Origin: an uncultured delta proteobacterium
Lineage (GTDB): Bacteria; Desulfobacterota; BSN033; UBA1163
NCBI GenBank assembly: GCA_963827685.1
Contig: CAWHBU010000003.1
Coordinates: forward strand, 608,001 to 672,000
Reading direction: 5' to 3'
Length of the DNA stretch: 64,000 bases
Shown: one piece after another, positions 61,154 to 64,000 of the stretch
How the letters are laid out: each line of letters begins with the position of its first letter
Numbering within the stretch: the first letter of the stretch is position 1
Position numbers and translations under genes: made by a program
Notes under the pieces: generated by a model
Told to the model about the DNA's origin: nothing
The model's input: the letters and a program-made list of their open reading frames with translations, nothing else
Databases searched by the model: none

Positions 61154-61923
61154 TAATAGTCCTCTGTATTTATTTCTATATTGACAAAATTAAATGGCGG
61201 CACCGTCCCTACGTATTTGAAGTTGATCTTATCGTCGTGCTTGCTAACCATTTCGTTCACTTTCTGGTCGAAAGGAGCTTCTTGATTCTCTTCTACCAAG
61301 AAGGCAGCATTGAGAACCATCCTTTCCCCGTAGGTATTGTTAAGCTTAAATTCTATCGCTAAAGGCGTAAGGGAACTCAATATATACTCCTTGTACTTCT
61401 TCTTCTCTTGCTCTAAGGCAGCCTCAACCTGTCTGCCGATTGCCACGAGGGCAAATTCTTTAGTCTGACCTTTTGCGATCCTCTCCTTTCCCACTCTGAT
61501 CTCATCATAATTGGACAAAATCTCCTTGTAGATTGCGTCCTCCTTAAACACAGCCTTCAGTCCAAGCTCTTTTTTCCCTTCCATTTTCCTCAATAAATCG
61601 ATGAACCGATCATGCTCTTTTTCTAATATCTTCCTCACTTTATCTTCATTTTCAGCGATCGTAGCAAATCTTACAGGCAGAACGGTATAAGACTTCATCA
61701 CGACTTCCACGGCCTGTTCGTGGGGGATGAGATTCTCTCTTGCCACAGAATATTTCTTGATCGGTGCGTCGCTGACCACGGCTGCGATAGCGTCGAAACA
61801 GATCGCATACAGTTCATCTCCCCTGCCACCTATTCCCAAGGGGCCAAATCTCTCCTCTTTTCCTTTTGTTTCTATGATGCAGTAAATGTATTTCCCTTCC
61901 ATGGCCATCGTCATTTTTCCCAT
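61153..61923 (-). CDS. GvpL/GvpF family gas vesicle protein
   Basis: YIYCII, TVLPVRF, LNAAFLV, PPFNFV. Confidence 0.9.
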   Translation of the reverse strand: MGKMTMAMEGKYIYCIIETKGKEERFGPLGIGGRGDELYAICFDAIAAVVSDAPIKKYSVARENLIPHEQAVEVVMKSYTVLPVRFATIAENEDKVRKILEKEHDRFIDLLRKMEGKKELGLKAVFKEDAIYKEILSNYDEIRVGKERIAKGQTKEFALVAIGRQVEAALEQEKKKYKEYILSSLTPLAIEFKLNNTYGERMVLNAAFLVEENQEAPFDQKVNEMVSKHDDKINFKYVGTVPPFNFVNIEINTEDY

Positions 61924-62753
61924 TCTTCAGGATAAATCGTTAGATTGACGAAGTTGTAAGGGGGTAAGGGGCCTGCATACACAAATCTAATTCTCTCTTT
62001 GCCTCCTTCGTTAAGATCCTCCATGATATTGTCAAACTCCTTCTCTCTCCCCTTATCCACCAAAAAAGCTGCATTGATAAACATTTCATCGCCAATAGTT
62101 TTATTGAGTTTATAATCAAGGGCTGTCCTTCGTAATGCATCTACAATTTTTTCTGCCTCTTTCTCTTTTTTCTTTGCTAATGCCTGCTCAACCATCTTAC
62201 CGATTTCCGTCTTAGCCTGGAGTCCGTTAGAAAATCCCTCCGGTCCCCCTTTAAAATGCCCCCCGGCCCCCCTTTTATAAAGGGGGGTGGGGGGGCATTC
62301 GGGGGGATTATTCTGAATTTTCTCTTTTGCCTTCTTAATCTCTTTACTTTCTTTTACAATCTCCTTAAAAATGATATCCATATTTTTCCATAACCCTTTT
62401 ACCCCAAGTTCTATTTTATGGTCCATATCTCTTAGAAGATTCTTAAACTCCCTGTACCTTCTATCTAAAAGGTTTCTTATTTCATCGGCACTTGAGGCAA
62501 TGGTGCAAAATCTAACTGGAAGGACTGTAAATTCCTTCATGACCTCCTCGATCACCATTTCATGCGCGAGCATATTTCCCTGGCTGACCACATATTTTGC
62601 CATCGGAGAATTGCTGATGACCATGCTCAGGTCCTTGTGGCTGAGAGTGGTTACCTCGTCACCCCTTCCACCGATGCCTATGGGTCCGAAATTCCTCTCA
62701 GCCTTTGTTTCGATAATGCAATAGATGTATTTACCTTCTTCCATTAAACCCAT
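61911..62753 (-). CDS. GvpL/GvpF family gas vesicle protein with a translated palindromic insertion
   Basis: YIYCII, TVLPVRF, NAAFLV, GPLPPYNFV; insert at about 62222-62310. Confidence 0.9.
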   Translation of the reverse strand: MGLMEEGKYIYCIIETKAERNFGPIGIGGRGDEVTTLSHKDLSMVISNSPMAKYVVSQGNMLAHEMVIEEVMKEFTVLPVRFCTIASSADEIRNLLDRRYREFKNLLRDMDHKIELGVKGLWKNMDIIFKEIVKESKEIKKAKEKIQNNPPECPPTPLYKRGAGGHFKGGPEGFSNGLQAKTEIGKMVEQALAKKKEKEAEKIVDALRRTALDYKLNKTIGDEMFINAAFLVDKGREKEFDNIMEDLNEGGKERIRFVYAGPLPPYNFVNLTIYPEEWEK

Positions 62754-62786
62754 TCCTCATACCCCACTCACCATAAACGCCAACCA

Positions 62787-63437
62787 TCACCTTCCCTCTA
62801 ATTCCCCACTGTATTCTTTTGCCTTATTAAAAACCTGTTGAATATAAACTTGATTTGAGTCAATATCTTTATTTCCGCTTACATAAATGCTCAATACTCT
62901 ATTCCAATCCTTTTCTTTTTTTATTAAATCTCCGAGATAAGCCATTCCTGTCCTTATATTTAATGTTGGGATATAGCTATTTCCTATCTCCTCTTTCAAT
63001 TTAGGATCGTCCATATATTGATTCCATGTTCCTGGCATCAACTGCATCAATCCTCTCGCACCTTTCTCACTTACAGCACTATTTCGATATGAAGATTCTT
63101 GATTGATAATGGCCAGAACCATCGATATGGGTATTTCTCGATGTTTTGATTCCTCGAAAACTACATCTGCAATTTCTAACGCATGGCCAACACTCATCGG
63201 CTTCGTCCTCAATATCTCTAATAGTTTAACTTTTGCTCTTATTTCAATAACATGGCCTTTAACTACCTCATAACTATGCTTGGCTAAATCCTTTTCTATT
63301 TTTAGAATCACTTCCTCACACATTAAAAATAGAGATAATAAAAACGTAAAACATATTCCTAACGTATGAATTTTAAAAGACCTCTTTTTTATTTTTCGAA
63401 TCGCTTCCTCATGGTCATCCTTTAATATTACCGTCAT
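62787..63437 (-). CDS. Membrane-anchored lytic transglycosylase (SLT domain)
   Basis: AIINQESS, AVSEKGARGLMQLMP, NIRTGMAYL. Confidence 0.88.
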   Translation of the reverse strand: MTVILKDDHEEAIRKIKKRSFKIHTLGICFTFLLSLFLMCEEVILKIEKDLAKHSYEVVKGHVIEIRAKVKLLEILRTKPMSVGHALEIADVVFEESKHREIPISMVLAIINQESSYRNSAVSEKGARGLMQLMPGTWNQYMDDPKLKEEIGNSYIPTLNIRTGMAYLGDLIKKEKDWNRVLSIYVSGNKDIDSNQVYIQQVFNKAKEYSGELEGR

Positions 63438-63648
63438 GGTAGTTCTCCTCCTTTTGTTTTAATCCATAAGGTCCATGAAGATGACTTATATTAATCTCCC
63501 AATAAGATTTTTCAATAAAATCAAAAGCCTTCTTCATTTCCGCATGGTTTGACCTAACAATATTCGGCCCAATAACTATGATCATTCCATCGAACGATTC
63601 AAGAATTGTGCACTTTGGTTTTTGGCTCGATAATCTGGAATCTTTCAT
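63415..63648 (-). CDS. Small hypothetical protein (phage-like region)
   Basis: Overlapping small AT-rich ORF in an apparent chain. Confidence 0.45.
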   Translation of the reverse strand: MKDSRLSSQKPKCTILESFDGMIIVIGPNIVRSNHAEMKKAFDFIEKSYWEINISHLHGPYGLKQKEENYHDGNIKG

Positions 63649-63832
63649 TATCTATCTCCTTCAATTTTTGTATTAATTCAATAATACGCCTTTTTTGTTG
63701 ACACATTATATTATCTTGCCTTTCTAAAACTCCTTGATAATATTCAATCTCACACGTCAATTCATACGAAGCGTATATTGCCAAAGAAAAAAATAGAAGA
63801 ATAAAAATGAGAAGATATTTTAAGAGCCTCAT
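63599..63832 (-). CDS. Small protein with N-terminal TM and coiled coil
   Basis: MRLLKYLLIFILLFFSLAIYA followed by a heptad-like region. Confidence 0.5.
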   Translation of the reverse strand: MRLLKYLLIFILLFFSLAIYASYELTCEIEYYQGVLERQDNIMCQQKRRIIELIQKLKEIDNERFQIIEPKTKVHNS

Positions 63833-64000
63833 CTATCTACCACGACGATATGATTTTCCGCCCCCTTCTTCATCCTCTTTCCTTCAATCATTTGAACCAT
63901 TCGTTCTGACCTCCATCAAGAGGATGCGGTCTTCTCTGGGAAAGGAACGATGCTGGTTATAATACTTCCTAAGGAACTTATAGGCCTCGGCCAATTTTTC

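Overview
Bacterial chromosome segment, probably a Desulfobacterota/deltaproteobacterial anaerobe (inferred from RpoB/RpoC and gene content). The left 15.6 kb is the minus-strand core cluster tRNA-Tyr/Gly/Thr-tuf-rpmG-tRNA-Trp-secE-nusG-rplK-rplA-rplJ-rplL-rpoB-rpoC. It is followed by an N6-adenine DNA methyltransferase rather than rpsL. The most striking observation is an in-frame ~92-aa insertion in RpoB that is a diverged copy of domain II of ribosomal protein L1. The middle holds an octaheme cytochrome c, esterase, acyl-CoA synthetase, regulators, radical SAM, QueG-like protein, DUF4139 protein, an MFS pseudogene, an ABC exporter, a thrC-like gene, a GAF kinase, fabF, a TPAT-type TRAP transporter, a Ser-substituted molybdoenzyme, a proteasome-like Ntn hydrolase, menA, a four-helix-bundle gene and purM-purN-purL. 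The right end holds a sigma54-type promoter with two unannotated small membrane ORFs, a hybrid kinase, a diguanylate cyclase, a partial gas vesicle cluster and phage-like ORFs. Intergenic DNA is rich in inverted 7/8-mer arrays, REP-like palindromes and nested MITEs, two of which are translated inside proteins.
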